From Squalus acanthias (lineage: Eukaryota), in contig CM059433.1 of NCBI GenBank assembly GCA_030390025.1, forward strand, positions 24,554,001 through 24,618,000: a DNA stretch of 64,000 bases, read 5' to 3'. How positions within the stretch are numbered: position 1 is the stretch's first letter; each line of letters starts with the position of its first letter. Positions 51,733 through 64,000 of the stretch are shown here, piece by piece. The notes beneath the pieces are model-generated. The model was not told the origin of the DNA, made no database searches, and saw nothing but the letters and a program-made list of their open reading frames with translations. The position numbers and the translations under genes are program-made.

Positions 51733-52498
51733 AGAGTGTTGTAAGGCTGTGGAATGCAGTACTGGATTTAAGAATTGGAACAGAGCGCATGCCAACATTT
51801 AAGAATAGGTTAGATAGGTGGTTGAAAGAAAAGGGAATAAAGAGATTTGGGAACAAGGCAGGCATGTGGGATGAGGATGACTGTTTCTGTAAGAATAAGC
51901 ACCAACATGGACTGGTTCTGCCAACCAGCCTGTCTCCATGTTGTAAATTCTATGTAATTCTGGAACTTTTCATTTACAGACGTAATTAAACTTATGCGTT
52001 GCTTACTGTAACTGTTTCTCTGCTTCTTTTCCACTGTCTAATTCATTTTCGGGTAGTTTTTCTGGACTTAAGGCTGGTGGCACAGAAACAGAACAGGCAC
52101 TGGTAAGTGGAAATGCTGGTTAAGATATATATAGCTGTGTCTACACCATGATTGCACCAGTTATGAATTTTCATCTTTGTTATAAGTTTAGGATCTGAGT
52201 GTAGATACTCTCTTGGGTACAGTGGGGCTAGTCACTCTCATAAGTAGTCTGAGTGTCTCCTGTTTAGGGCTGTGCCCATATTGCATGATTTTTAACGATA
52301 TGATAGTGTAACCTAAGGGGTAAAACAACAATACCTCCTTGTGATCCTAACTGGATATTACTGTCTTCAATTCTCCTCAAAGGCAAACCGAGTAAACACT
52401 TGGGAAGTTGCTTTATTCCATAGCAAGCAAAATAGAATGCAACAATTATGATCACATTCACTTATACCAATCAATACAATTTGCCTTCATGTAATAGT

Positions 52499-53970
52499 CT
52501 TCTTCTTCTTAGGCAGTCCCTCGGAACCGAGGATGACTTGCTTCCACATTAAAAATGAATTCTCAGGTGACTAATGAGTCCAATGCGGGACCTACAGTCT
52601 CTGTCACAGGTGGGGCAGACGGTGGTTGAAGGGGCGGGTGGGTGGGGTGCTTGGGTTGACGTGCGCTCCTTGCGCTTGGCTTCCGCTTGCTCCCGGTGAA
52701 GGGACTCGAGTTGTTCTGTGCCTTCCCGGATGCTTCTCCTCCACTTTGTGCGGTCGTGGGCCAGGGATTCCCAGGTGTCAGTGGGGATGTTGCACTTTTT
52801 CAAGGAGGCTTTGAGGGTGTCCTTGAAGCGTTTCCTCTGCCCACCTGGGGCTCTCTTGCTGTGCCAGAGCTCCGAGTAGAGCGCTTGTTTTGGGAGTCTC
52901 GTATCGGACATGCGGACGATGTGACCCGTCCATCGGAGCTGATTGAGCGTGGTCAAAGCTTCGATGCTGGGGATGTTGGCCTGAGCAAGAACACTGACGT
53001 TGATGCGCCTATCCTGCCAAAGGATTTGCAGGATCTTGCGGAGGCAGCGTTGGTGGTACCTCTCCAGTGCTTTGAGGTGCCTGCTGTACATGGTCCATGT
53101 CTCTGAGGCATACAGGAGGGCGGGTATCACTACTGCTCTGTAGACCATGAGCTTGGTGCCGGGTTTGAGGTCCTGGTCTTCAAATACTCTCTTCCTCAGG
53201 CAACCGAAGGCTGTACTGGCACACTGAAGGCGGTGTTGGACTTTGTCATCGACGTCTGCCCTTGTTGACAGTAGGCTCTCGAGGTACGGAAAGTGGTCCA
53301 AGATGCCCAAGGCCTTGTCGTAGATTTTGATAATCAGGGGGCAGTACTGTGTGGCCCACTAAGGGGCACAATGGACATGATCTTCACCGCACGTCAATTA
53401 CAAGAGAAATGCAGGGAACAGCACCAACCGCTGTACATGGCCTTCTTTGATCTCACAAAGGCCTTCGACACTGTCAACCATGAGGGATTATGGAGTGTCC
53501 TCCTCAAATTCGGCTGCCCTCAAAAATTTGTCACCATCCTCCGCCTGCTTCACGACGACATGCAAGCTGTGATCCTGACCAACGGTTCCACCACAGACCC
53601 AATTCACGTACGGACCAGGGTCAAGCAAGGCTGTCTCATCGCACCAACGCTCTTCTCGATCTTCCTTGCTGCAATGCTCCATCTCACCCTCAGTAAGCTC
53701 CCCGCTGGAGTGGAGCTAATTTACAGAACAAACGGGAAACTGTTCAACCTCCGTCGCCTCCAGTCCAGATCCAAGGTCGTCCCATCCTCTGTCGGAGAAT
53801 TACAGTACGCAGACGACGCTTGCGTCTGTGCTCACTCGGAGGTCGAATTCCAAACCATCGTCAACACCTTCACCGAAGCATACGAGAGCATGGGCCTTAC
53901 ACTAAACATCCGTAAGACAAAGGTCCTCTACCAACCTGCCCCCGCCACACAGTACTGCCCCCCGATTATC
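52499..53970. mobile_element. RTE-clade LINE, 5'-truncated and 5'-inverted, 12-bp TSD
   Basis: Minus ORF 52549-53310 (RTE C-terminus: QLRWTGHIVRM..TRLPKQALYSEL, CPTC..H...H) with (AAG)n tail; plus ORF to 53970 (RGTMDMIFTARQLQEKCREQ, FFDLTKAFDTV, LQYADD); TCATGTAATAGT at 52487-52498 and 53969-53980. Confidence 0.92.
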
Positions 53971-54886
53971 ATGTAATAGTATAAAATAATGGACTCGCTA
54001 TGCTTCCCCACATCAATGTGTCATTTTGCTTGGCTGTCTTGCAGCTTTCTGTTTTAAAAACCTGGCTGTCTCTGTGTTTCTGTCTCTGCTTTTTACCACC
54101 CCCTCGTTCACCAATATCTCACACCCATTGTGTTGGTAAGCCTCTTAAGGCTTACCAACACAATGGGTGTGAGATATTCACTGATTGTCAAGACAGGCTA
54201 ACACATGGCTTGTTGTCTACAGTCTTTGAGAAAAATAGCTGCTATTAGCATAGTAACCTCCATTCATCGAGGTGTGTTTTCTCTAAAGCTTGTGTAAATC
54301 CACTTTGCTTTAAAAAAATAGCATTTAAGAGTCCTTTCTGTGGAAAAATTATCAAAAAATACCAAAATGTGACAGCCATTTTCAATTGGCTGTTCATTTT
54401 TGATTTGTGTTTTTTTTAACTTTATGGTGGTTTTCATTCATTCATGTATGGTAGTAAAGAGCGAGGTACTTAAATGAAGAGAAAAACCCGGAGGAGTAAG
54501 GGGACAGGGCGAGGTGGGACCTGGAGATGAACCATGCTGAGGACAAAGAGACCATATCAGCAGAAGAGGAACTGAAGCAACAGAATGGTGAACAGAGATC
54601 TGGAGCAGCCAGCGACAGAATAGAGACGTGCAGCAGGCAGACAGCCACCAGATTGGAGAATCTGCAAAGCTTCTGTATTAACTGAAATCACTGTAAATGC
54701 TGACGAAATTGCTGTTGTTCTTGAGGCCTCTCCTCCATAATACAGTGGAAGCAACGGTAATGGAGTCAGCATCTACAGCAAGCTTCTCGACAGGATAAAA
54801 AATGATGAAAAGCAAGGTTTTTTACTTGTATATCCATTTAAATGATGCATATTTGGGTTTTATTGCTCAATCAGTTAAAACTCTGT

Positions 54887-55500
54887 GGCCTAGGAATTCG
54901 ATTCAGCCTGAAAACTGGCTGTGCCACCGCGAGCCAAGGTTAACGCCCGCCCACAAAAAGAGCGCAGGCAGCACTGGTATTTTGGTGCTGCCTGCTGATT
55001 TAAATGAGCAGAGTGCAGAATCTCCTGTGCAACGCGCTCTTTCCGGCAGTAACATCAGCAGGAGGCCGAAGGCCGCACCTAAAGGATCGGTGTGGCATCT
55101 CTGGCCGTCACCTATTAACAGCGAATGTGCTGTTTGGGATAATTTAGTGGCGGTTCCTGGGTTTTGCTGGGTCAGGAGGTATCGAGTCCGCTGATGACCC
55201 TTGTAAGGTTGGAGCATTTTCCGCTGTGACACATTCGGAGACATTTGTTTGTCCACGGCTCCCCTCTTACTTTCTCGGACATTAGTCTGGGTCTTGTGTG
55301 GGGTCCACAAATGAGTACCAGTCTGCCTGGTACTCCCACCTTCGCTGGCTGCTATCGGTCCACAAATGTTTCACCCAGATGTTTACTGTGTGGAGGTTGG
55401 TGCTCCACCATGATGCTGGAGGGGGAGGTGGATGGGGCTGTACCGTCTTGCAGCTAGCCTGCATATCACATAGGGGGTTCACTCCCTGGTGAGTGGGTCT
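54887..55500. mobile_element. Probable Harbinger-derived remnant with a decayed Myb/SANT-like segment
   Basis: Starts GGCCTAGGAATTC like the other MITE ends; minus strand QRRWEYQADWYSFVDPTQDPD*CPRK* loosely resembles the SANT W...RT..QC.KK motif. Right end not found. Confidence 0.35.
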
Positions 55501-56224
55501 TAAAGCATAGGCTCAGATCTGGAGGGACTGTGACTGGAAACACCACATAAAGACTGTGGCATAGATGTCGTTAAACCATTGCATGAGAAATCAGTTGAAA
55601 TAAAAACATTTTAAAAAGGAAGCATGAACCTCTTGGTCACGAGTTTACTGGTGTAAATTGTGCAGAAGAGAGTTCAATTACATTTTTAACAACAAGTTTT
55701 GAAGAGCTCTGGGTGAGAATATGGTGTTAAATCTTCCTTAATTCTTGGTCTTTTATAAACAGACTTCAAAACTTAGCATATTATTTCATCAGTTCCTAAA
55801 CTAGAAAACCCAATGTATAAAATTTAAGGAAATGCAGCTATGAGTTTTTCCTGAGATTATTACTACTGTAGTACAGTACAGTATAGAAGTATTTACCATA
55901 ATGCTTGACTGAAGGGAGGGGGGGGAGATTTGATGCATCGCATTGGAAGCAGTTTTCACTCCAATTACATAGTCTGACCTCTTCATAGTTATCGGTTATC
56001 TCAGTAGCTGTTTACTGCATGGTTTATAGCTCACCGCTGCTTTCTCCCGGCTCTACGCGCTGTCAACAGCTGCATGCACGGGCGTGCTTTGGAGAGGGGG
56101 GTAAGAGGAACTTGCATTTCTATAGCGCCTTTCATGATCTCAGGACATCCCAAAGTGCTTTACAGCCAATTAAATACTTTTGAAGTGTAGTTACTGTTGT
56201 TTTGTAGGAAAGTAGGTAACATTT

Positions 56225-56940
56225 GCAGCACATAAGTGCCAGCAACAACCATCTCCAGCAAGAAAAGGGCCAATCACCTCCCACTAACGTTCCACATTCC
56301 CCACCGATCAACAGCCTGGGGTTCACCATTGACCATATGCTTAACTGGAGCAGCCATATGAACAACATGGCTTCAAGTACAGGGCAGAGGCTGGGTACCC
56401 TGCAATCGGTGGCTCACCTCTTGACCTTTCAAAGCCTCTCCAACTTCTCCAAGGCTCAAGTCAGGAGTGTAACGGAATACTGACCATGCATCTGGATGGG
56501 TGCGGCTGCAACAACACTCCAGATGATCAACATCATCCAAGACAAAGCAGTCTGCTTGATTGGCACCCCTGCCACTGGGCTCCATATCTAAGCCCTCTAC
56601 TACCGACAGTACGTTGGCTCAGTATGTACTATCCACAGGATGCACTGCAACAACTCGCCAAACATACTTCGATAGCACCTCGCAACCATGACCACCAAGA
56701 AGGTGCGGCAGGATCATAGGAACACCATCACATCCAAGTCATACAGACTCCTGACTTAGACTTGTACTACCGTTCCTTCATGGCCGCTGGGCCAAAAATC
56801 CTGGAATTCCCAACTAACACTATTGTGGGAGCAGCACCAACACAAGGACTGCAGCGGTTCAAGGAGAAGGCCCACCAGCACCATGGCATGGAAAATAAAT
56901 GTGGAGTTGCCAGCATCACCCATATCTCGAGAACAAATAA
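56225..56940 (+). mobile_element. Old CR1-group LINE 3' fragment
   Basis: LGFTIDHMLNWSSHMNNMAS..GQRLG.L...KAQVRSVTEY, a typical RT C-terminal region. Confidence 0.65.
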
Positions 56941-57689
56941 AAATAATTAATTGCGATAGAGCTCACAACATGATGCTTGTCATGATATTTTTAATAGCAA
57001 TGGCTTTTGAGCAGCATCTTACGGGAATTAGACATAAATTTTGGGCGCGCGGCCTCTACAGGGGATCTATGGTGTGTGTGAGCAGGCCAAGCAACAGCGT
57101 GTCTCTCCAACCAATCAAAGTGAAGAATCCTCACTGAGACACGCAGAGACACCAGGAAGTATAAACTAGGAAGTATAAATTAGATTTAATTCATTGTAAA
57201 ATCATGTACAGTAAGCAAAATAAAGAGATGGAAAGAAAGATGGGATGAAGAGAGAGAGAGATAAAAGAGAAAGAAAGAAAAAGTAAAAAAAAATATTAAA
57301 ATTTTTTTAAAATCTCCAACAGCAACTAAATACTGAAGGAATGAGACTCCAGAATTGTAAAATTAAATTTTCAGGGTCAGAGACGTTGTTTGGCTTTAAT
57401 TATGACTTATCATGCCTTTAAAAATTCACATACACCTGAATGTACCAGCCCTAACTTTTTCTGATGTGTTTAGTGGGTAACTACAGAAACTTCATGTCCT
57501 TACATGGATTTCAATGCCTCTTGGCGAGGTACCGGTGGAGCGCAGCTCGTGGAAGAGCAGGGCAAATCGGGCAGCAACTTCCAGATTTCCACGCTTAACT
57601 GCGCATGTGTGGACTCCAGAAGTTGCTGTCCGATTTACTCCATAGTAATGGTGAGCGCTGATAGCCTTGCTGTTATTCTCATCTGGGCC

Positions 57690-59677
57690 AATGCATTGAG
57701 GAGGTATAGGGAAGGAAAAAAAGGAGGTGGGGTGGCAGTATTGGTCAAAAATACTGTTACAGTCCTGGAAAGGGACAGATGGTTCAAAGACAGAATCTAT
57801 TTGGTTAGAATTAAGGAACAGAAGAGGAGCTGTTACACTGCTGGGTGTAAACTATAGGACACCAAATAGTGGCAAGCAAATTTCAGAAAGATGTAAAAAC
57901 AATAGAGCAGTGATAATGGGGGTCTTCAATTACCCTAATATAGACTGGGGGAGAAACAGTCAAAGGGCAAGGAGGGGGAGGAATTCCTGAAATATATACA
58001 GGAGAACTTTCATGATCAGTATGTTTCCAGCCCAACAAGGAAGGAAGTGTGCTAGACCTCGTTCAGGGGAATGAAGTGGAGCATTTTCAGTGCAGGAGCA
58101 TCTGGAAAATATTAGGTTTAGCTTAGTTATGGAAAAGGACAAGCAACAAGCAAACTGGAGGAGGGCTAATTTCAGTGAGTTGAAAAGGGATCTGGCCCAG
58201 GTGGAATGGAAACAAAACAGTAAGTGAGCAATGGGAGGCCTTCAAAGAGGAGATAGTTCCGGTATAGACTAAACACAAATTAGGGTTGTATTCCCTAGAA
58301 TTTAGACGGTTAAGGGGTGATCTGATCCAAGTTTTCAAGATATTAAGGGGAACAGATAGGTAGATAGAGAGAAACTATTTCCGTTGGTTGGTGAGTCTAG
58401 GACTAGGGGGAATAGTTTAAAAATTAAAGCCAGACCTTTCAGGAGTGAAATTAGGAAACACTTCTACACACAAAGGGTGGTAGAAGTTTGCAACTCTCTT
58501 CCGCAAATGGCAATTGATGCACGATCAATTGTTAATTTTAAATCTGAGATTGATAGATTTTTGTTTACCAAAGGTATTAAGGGATATGGGCCAAAGGCAA
58601 ATATATGGAGTTAGGTCGCAGATCAGCCATGATCTCATTGAATGGCGGAACAGGCTCTAGGGGCTCAATGGCCTACTCCTGTTCCTATGTTCCGATTCCC
58701 ATGAGGGGGAAAGGAAGGGAATCCAAAGCTAGAGCTCCCTGGATGACGAAATAATTTGAGATTAAAATGAAACAGAAAAAGGAGGCTTTTGATAAATTTT
58801 AGGTTCATAATATAGTGCAGAATACAGAAAGTGCAGAGGAGAACTGAAAAAGGAAATGAGGAGAAAAGAGAGTGTATGAGAAAAAATTGACAGGTATCAT
58901 AAAAGGGAAAACTGAAGTCTTTTATCAACATATAAAGAATAAAGGGACAGTTGAAGGAAGGGTGGGGCCAATTAGGGACCAAAAATGAAATCTTCTTGTG
59001 GAGGCAGAAGGCATGGCTGAGGTACTGAATGAGTACTTTGCATCTGCCTTCACAGAAGAGGAGGATGCTGCCAATGTCACAATAAAGGAGGAGGGTTATG
59101 CAGCGAGTTGTTAATGATCTGGACTGCATTACCTGAAAGGGTGGTGGCAGTAGATTCAATAGTAACTTTCAAAAGGAAATTGGATATATACTTGAAAAGG
59201 AAAATTTTGCAGGGCTATGGGGAAAGAGCAAGGATGTAGGACTACAGGAAACTCTTTCGTATCCGGCACCGACGGGACCGGGATGGTGCCGGTTGATTAA
59301 AAATTCCGGATAACGGCGAGGTATATCTACCGAGGCTATTTTTAACAAACAAAAATAAAAAAATAAAAAAATGTGCAGTATAATTGGGTACTCCCCTACA
59401 GAATGTTGTGTTAAATGGATGGTGGAAGATGCTTGATTAAGTACAGTAATGCCAGTTGAGGGTAATCCATAACTCTTTAATTACTTAACAGTAAAACAAA
59501 ACTTATAAACGACTGTAAACTGTAGATTTCGGAGTATGAATTCTGCCGGTTATTAGAGAATTCCGGATATTTAGGTGCTGTTTAAACAAGAGTTTCCTGT
59601 AATTGGATAGCTCTTTCAAAGAGCCAGCACAGGCACAATGGCCTCCTTCTGTGTTGTAATATTCTATGATTCTATGA
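57690..59677 (+). mobile_element. Decayed CR1 with nested CR1 3' fragment (about 58270-58692) and a MITE
   Basis: KGGGVAVLVK, TESIWLELRN, IMGVFNYPNIDW endonuclease motifs; two CR1 tails (about 58690 and 59677). Confidence 0.75.
59245..59599. mobile_element. Tc1/mariner-pogo (Tigger-like) MITE with TA TSD
   Basis: TA-CAGGAAACTCTT ... AAGAGTTTCCTG-TA; the host CR1 tail is restored when it is removed. Confidence 0.85.
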
Positions 59678-59745
59678 TTAGGAGAGGTGAACTAAAGCTT
59701 GGTCAAAGAGGTGGATTTTAAGGAGGGTTTTAAAGGAGAAGTGCA

Positions 59746-60065
59746 GGGCAACACGGTAGCATAGTGGTTAGCACTGTTGCCTCACAGCGCCAGGGACCCG
59801 GGTTCGAATCCGGCCTCGGGTGACTGTCTGTGTGGAGTTTGCACATTCTCCCCGTGTCTGCATGGGTTTCCTCCGGGTGCTCCAGTTTCCTCCCACAGTC
59901 CAAAGATGTGCAGGTTAGGTTGATTTGGCTATGATAAATTGACCCTTAGTGTTAGGGGGATTAAATACGTGGGGTTACGGGGATAGGGTGGGATATGTGT
60001 CGGTGCAGGCTCGATGGGCCGAAATGGCCTCTATCTGCACTGTGGGGATTCTGTGATTCTGTGAT
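59746..60065 (+). mobile_element. HE1/V-SINE, full length (short-tail subfamily)
   Basis: Near-identical to the reverse complement of 11309-11620. Confidence 0.9.
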
Positions 60066-60932
60066 TTAGGGAGGGGATTCCAAAGCAAGGAGCCACAAAT
60101 AGTAGAGCAAAGTGGGAGTGGGTGGGGGCTGCACAAGAGGCTAGAGTCAGAGGAAAGGAGAATTCAGGTGGGGACTGAAGAAAAGTGATTATCAAATGAA
60201 AGCTCTAAAATAGCAATTAGAATGTTAAAATGAACTCTTTAAAGGACTATTTCAATAAAATGCCTTACTACAGTTTTATGCTTGAGATTCCTGGTAGGGC
60301 AGATAAGAAAAAATAAAATCACAGCTGATTTTGCATTCAATTTGGGTGGGCATATTTAAATAACATGCAAACAAATGAAAGTGTCTGTTCATTACAGGCA
60401 CTTCAGAATTAGTACTTTACATGTACCTTACCTAAGGAAGGATATACTTGTCTTAGAGCGGGTGCAACGAAGGTTCACTAGATTGATTCCTGGGATGAGA
60501 GGGTTGTCCAATGAGGAGAGATTGAGTAGATTGGGCCTATACTCTCTGGAGTTTAGAAGAATGAGAGCTGATTTCAATGAAACGTGGAAAATTCTTAGAG
60601 GGCTTGACAGGGTAGATGCTGAGAGACTGTTTCCTCTGGCTGGAGAGTCTAAACATAGAAACATAGAAACATAGAATCTAGGAGCAGGAGTAGGCCATTC
60701 GGCCCGTCGAGCCTGCTCCGCCATTCAATACGATCATGGCTGATCATCCAAATCCAGTACCCTGTCCCTGCTTTAATCCCCACAGTACACATATCCCACC
60801 CTACCCCCGTAACCCCACGTAACCCCACGTATTTAATTCCCCCTAACATATCCCATCCTATCCCCATAACCCCACATATTTAATCCCCCCCTAACACTAA
60901 GGGTCAATTTATCATAGCCAAATCAAACTAGA

Positions 60933-63030
60933 AGTGCAAAATTCGGTTACGCCCCATTTGGGGGCGGTAACCGAGTTAAGGCCGGACATTTAGCGCCTGG
61001 CGCGGAAATACCGCCCCGGCCGCTAAATTCGGCTTACCGCCTCGCACAGAAAGTGGAGCGCAATCTTGGGCGCTCCACTTCCTGGTGGGGCGGTAACCGA
61101 GGCGATATCAGGGCGCGATCGGCAGCGCTCTATGGAGCGCTGCCACGTTTCAATGCCCCTCCCCTTCAGTTAAAGGCACCTTCCTGCTCGACCGACACAC
61201 TGCCACTCCCCTGTGGCACCGTGAGATCCCCGGTGGACTGTGGGTGACCCAGCGAGGATGGCAGCAATCAGCGCTTACGTGGCATCAATCTGAGACTGCA
61301 TGAGAGCAGTCTGAAATTACATGCCAGCAACCACTGACTCCATTCCAGCACTAAGCCTGTTGCTTTGCTTCGGCCTGTGCTGCAATAGCTGCTGCCACCT
61401 CACCCATGACACGTGGCATGAGGTCTGGGTCCCCACGGTCTCTCTGCGAGTCGACCCTCCTGCCAAGGACAGGCTCGATGGTGTGTGCAGAGATGAGTAC
61501 AATGCTGGAGGCGGACTCCTTCAAGCTCCTAGCCAATGCATCCATGCTCTCGGGCACCCTTGCCATTGCACCCATGAGCTCGGTGTGCATGCCCATCGCC
61601 CGTCTGGTCATTGCCTCCACATCTGAATCCTGTGCAGCAGAACTCGCGCGCGAACTCACCCTCCGAGGAGATGGGCCCCGAGCTTCCCTTTCCCCGTGGC
61701 GTTGCTACAGCCTGCTGGGTCCCGGGGCTTCACCCACATCAGACTCATGTACTAGGCTCCCCTCCAGTGACCGCGTCACCCCATTATCAGGACACAGCGC
61801 CAGGAGACACAGGCAGTGAAGCTGTGGCTTGTTTTTCCTCCTCCTCTCCCGCGTCGCTGCTGCTGGGAGGCTGAGGGACAGACTAGTCATGTGGTGGCTG
61901 ATTATCTGAAAGCATAAAGGCACAAGAGTGGGGTTAAGGTCAGGGGAGGGGGGTAGGAAGGAAGCAAGGAATGGAGACAGTATACTTGGATGGAAAGTGG
62001 GAAAGGCTTGTGGTTTGAGGGGGAAGTGGTATGAGAGAAGAGGGAGAGGTGATGAATATACCATTGTTGTCCCCAAGGGGGTCGAGGTCTCCGACGGCCA
62101 CAGCGCCCATGACATGGGTGGCAATGATGTGGCCCACTCGCTCCTCCAGGTCTGTAAGGGGGTGCAGGTCTGCCTCATCTCCTCCCATTCGTACCTGCTC
62201 CCTCCTGTTGTGAAAAAACCTGGCCTGCAAGAAAAAGGAAAGGGTGTGAGTGAGTGTGCAGCTATGTGTTCGGCATATGTGCCTACCATAGTTGAATGTC
62301 TGTTAATGTATGCAAGGCGTGAGACGTGCAAGTCACTTTTAGTAGGTGGGTATAGTTGGTGGGTGACTGTTGGGGATGTGGTGGTTTACACAGTGTGTGC
62401 ACAGAGTGAGGTTGAGATGGTGGCATGTAGAGGTTTTTGAAGCATGTACTCACCCTGACCACCTGAGTGAGGTCGTTGAATTTCTTCCGGCACTGGGTGG
62501 GAGTTCTGGGGACCACACTTCTGGCCGTCACGTGCTGGGCAACCTCCCTCCACATCCTCCTAGAGGCCTGTGGCAATGGCCTCCTGCCAGTGTCCGGGAA
62601 GAGCACTGCCCATCGGTGTTCCACGGCCGCGACCAGAGCCTCCAAGACGTGGTCGCTGAACCGGCGAGCTCTCTGTCTGGGCATCTGATCAGCCATCAGT
62701 TGCTTGAATGAAAGCTTACAGCTTCTTGCAGGCCCAGTTCACAAGCATCAATGATCAGAGTGAGGCTGTGCAGCATGATTGAGCCTCCCCTTTAAGAACT
62801 GGAAGTGGCCAGTATGTCTGAGGACTCTTTAATTGACAGTGCCGGAACTTGATTAGCGCTTTGAAGGTAGCGCCCTGCTTTGCGACGTTAGCACCCAAGA
62901 AGTGTGTAGCGCTTGATTTAGCGCTCCACCTCCCTCTTGGGGCGCTAAAACTCAATTTCGCGTTCACCGGCACTAATTAGCGCCCAGGCAATGTTAGCGC
63001 CCCAAAATGGTCGATACCGAATTTTTCCCC
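60933..63030 (-). mobile_element. Harbinger/PIF internal-deletion derivative encoding the Myb/SANT-like partner protein, no transposase
   Basis: Imperfect TIRs (AAAATTCGGT...CCATTTGGGGGCGGTAAC / GTTAGCGCCCCAAAATGG...ACCGAATTTT); internal spliced Myb/SANT gene. Confidence 0.8.
61320..62696 (-). pseudogene. Harbinger Myb/SANT-like (MSANTD/NAIF1-type) DNA-binding protein gene, spliced, disrupted in exon 3
   Basis: Exon 1 62454-62696 (RARRFSDHVLEALVAAVE...WREVA..V.......RTPTQCRKKFNDL, donor gtgagt); exon 2 62062-62224 in phase (HNRREQVRMGG...LTDLEERV); exon 3 from 61905 with in-frame TAG and TGA. Confidence 0.8.
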
Positions 63031-63249
63031 ATAGTCTCAGGATAAGGGGTTGGCCATTTAGGACTGAGATAAGGAGAAATTTCTTCCTTCAGATGTTTGT
63101 GAATCTTTGGAATTCTCTATCCTAGAGGGCTGTGATGAGTATATTCAAGACTGAGGTCGATAGATTTTTGGGCACTAAGGGAATCAAAGGATATGGGGAT
63201 AGGGCAGGAAAGTGGAGTTGCTGTAGAAGTTCAGCCAAGATCTTAGGAA

Positions 63250-64000
63250 ACAGTTAATTCAGAGACCATGGTCCAGAACTTAAATAAGGTCAACTTTGAG
63301 GGTATGAGGCGTGAATTGGCGAGGTTAGATTGGCAAGCGATATTTAAGGGGTTATCAGTGGAAGGGCAATGGCAGACATTTAGAGATCGCATGGATGAAC
63401 TACAGCAATTGTACATCCCTCTCTGGCATAAAAATAAAAAAGGGAAGGTGGCTCAACCATGGCTAACAAGGGAAATCAGGGATAGTATTAAAAGCAAGGA
63501 AGTGGCATACAAATTGGCCAGAAGTAGCAGCAAACCCGGGGACTGGGAGAACTTTAAAACTCAACAGAGGAGGACGAAGGGTTTGATTAGGGCAGGGAAA
63601 ATAAAATATGAAAGGAAGCTTGCGGAGAACATTAAAACGGACTGTAAAAGCTTCTATAAATATGTAAAAAGAAAGAGGTTAGTAAAAACAAATGTAGGTC
63701 CCCTGCAGTCAGAAACAGGGGAAGTCATAATGGGGAACAAAGAAATGGCAGCTCAATTGAACAAGTACTTTGGTTCGGTGTTTACTGTGGAGGACACAAA
63801 CAACCTTCCGGAAATAAAAGAGATCAAAGGATCTGGTAAGAGGGAGGAGCTGAGGGAAATCCTTATCAGTCGGGAAAAGGTGTTGGGGAGATTGATGGGA
63901 CTGAAGGCTGATAAATCCCCAGGGCCTGATGGTCTGCATCCCAGAGTACTTAAGGAGGTGGCCTTGGAAATAGTGGATGCATTGACGATCATTTTCCAAC
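63250..64000 (+). mobile_element. CR1 ORF2 internal fragment running off the window
   Basis: NIKTDCKSFYKYVKRKR, QLNKYFGSVFT, KSPGPDGLHPRVLKEVA. Confidence 0.9.

Larger units (their letters stand above)
48480..51955 (+). mobile_element. Old CR1 3' fragment hosting nested insertions
   Basis: QFWAVHYRNNIEAIEGVQNRFTRILPG...DLIQVFKIMKG before 49200; tail resumes at about 50865-50888 and 51733-51955. Confidence 0.75.
60426..63245 (+). mobile_element. CR1 3' fragment split by a SINE (60651-60926, minus) and a Harbinger element
   Basis: PYLRKDILVLERVQRRFTRLIPG...LFPLAGES before 60650; resumes ATAGTCTCAGGATAAGGGG at 63031. Confidence 0.85.

Noticed and set aside
55990..56106. CpG-containing patch ending in a donor-like GG|gtaaga
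   Set aside because: No ORF or recognisable motif; it cannot be called an exon or enhancer without conservation data.

Overview
Eukaryotic, repeat-rich vertebrate DNA. The repeat repertoire (HE1/V-SINE-type and SacSINE1/Deu-type SINEs, abundant CR1 LINEs, Penelope-like elements) points to a cartilaginous fish; this is inference from recalled consensus sequences, not a search. Two host genes can be built by hand. (1) The last three coding exons of an Elongin A (ELOA/ELOA-like) gene on + (1906-2029, 4223-4350, 5230-5291). (2) A complete six-exon RPL11 gene on - (ATG at 46612, stop at 26468; 531-nt CDS, 176 aa, all GT-AG introns, AATAAA at 26439-26444), convergent with the ELOA-like gene and carrying several substitutions versus mammalian RPL11. 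Most of the rest is nested transposable elements: CR1 (including a near full-length copy in RPL11 intron 1), L2, a 5'-inverted RTE, Penelope-like elements with hammerhead ribozyme motifs, Harbinger-type MITEs and a Myb/SANT-encoding derivative, pogo/Tigger relics and SINEs. The most unusual observations are small Penelope-derived fold-back inserts with perfect 14-15 bp target-site duplications (one holding two opposed hammerhead motifs), a Penelope-hammerhead/HE1-SINE chimera under one 14-bp TSD, a twin-primed RTE, and a perfect 136-bp palindrome. Most listed short ORFs are TE fragments or chance. TE boundaries without a TSD are approximate.
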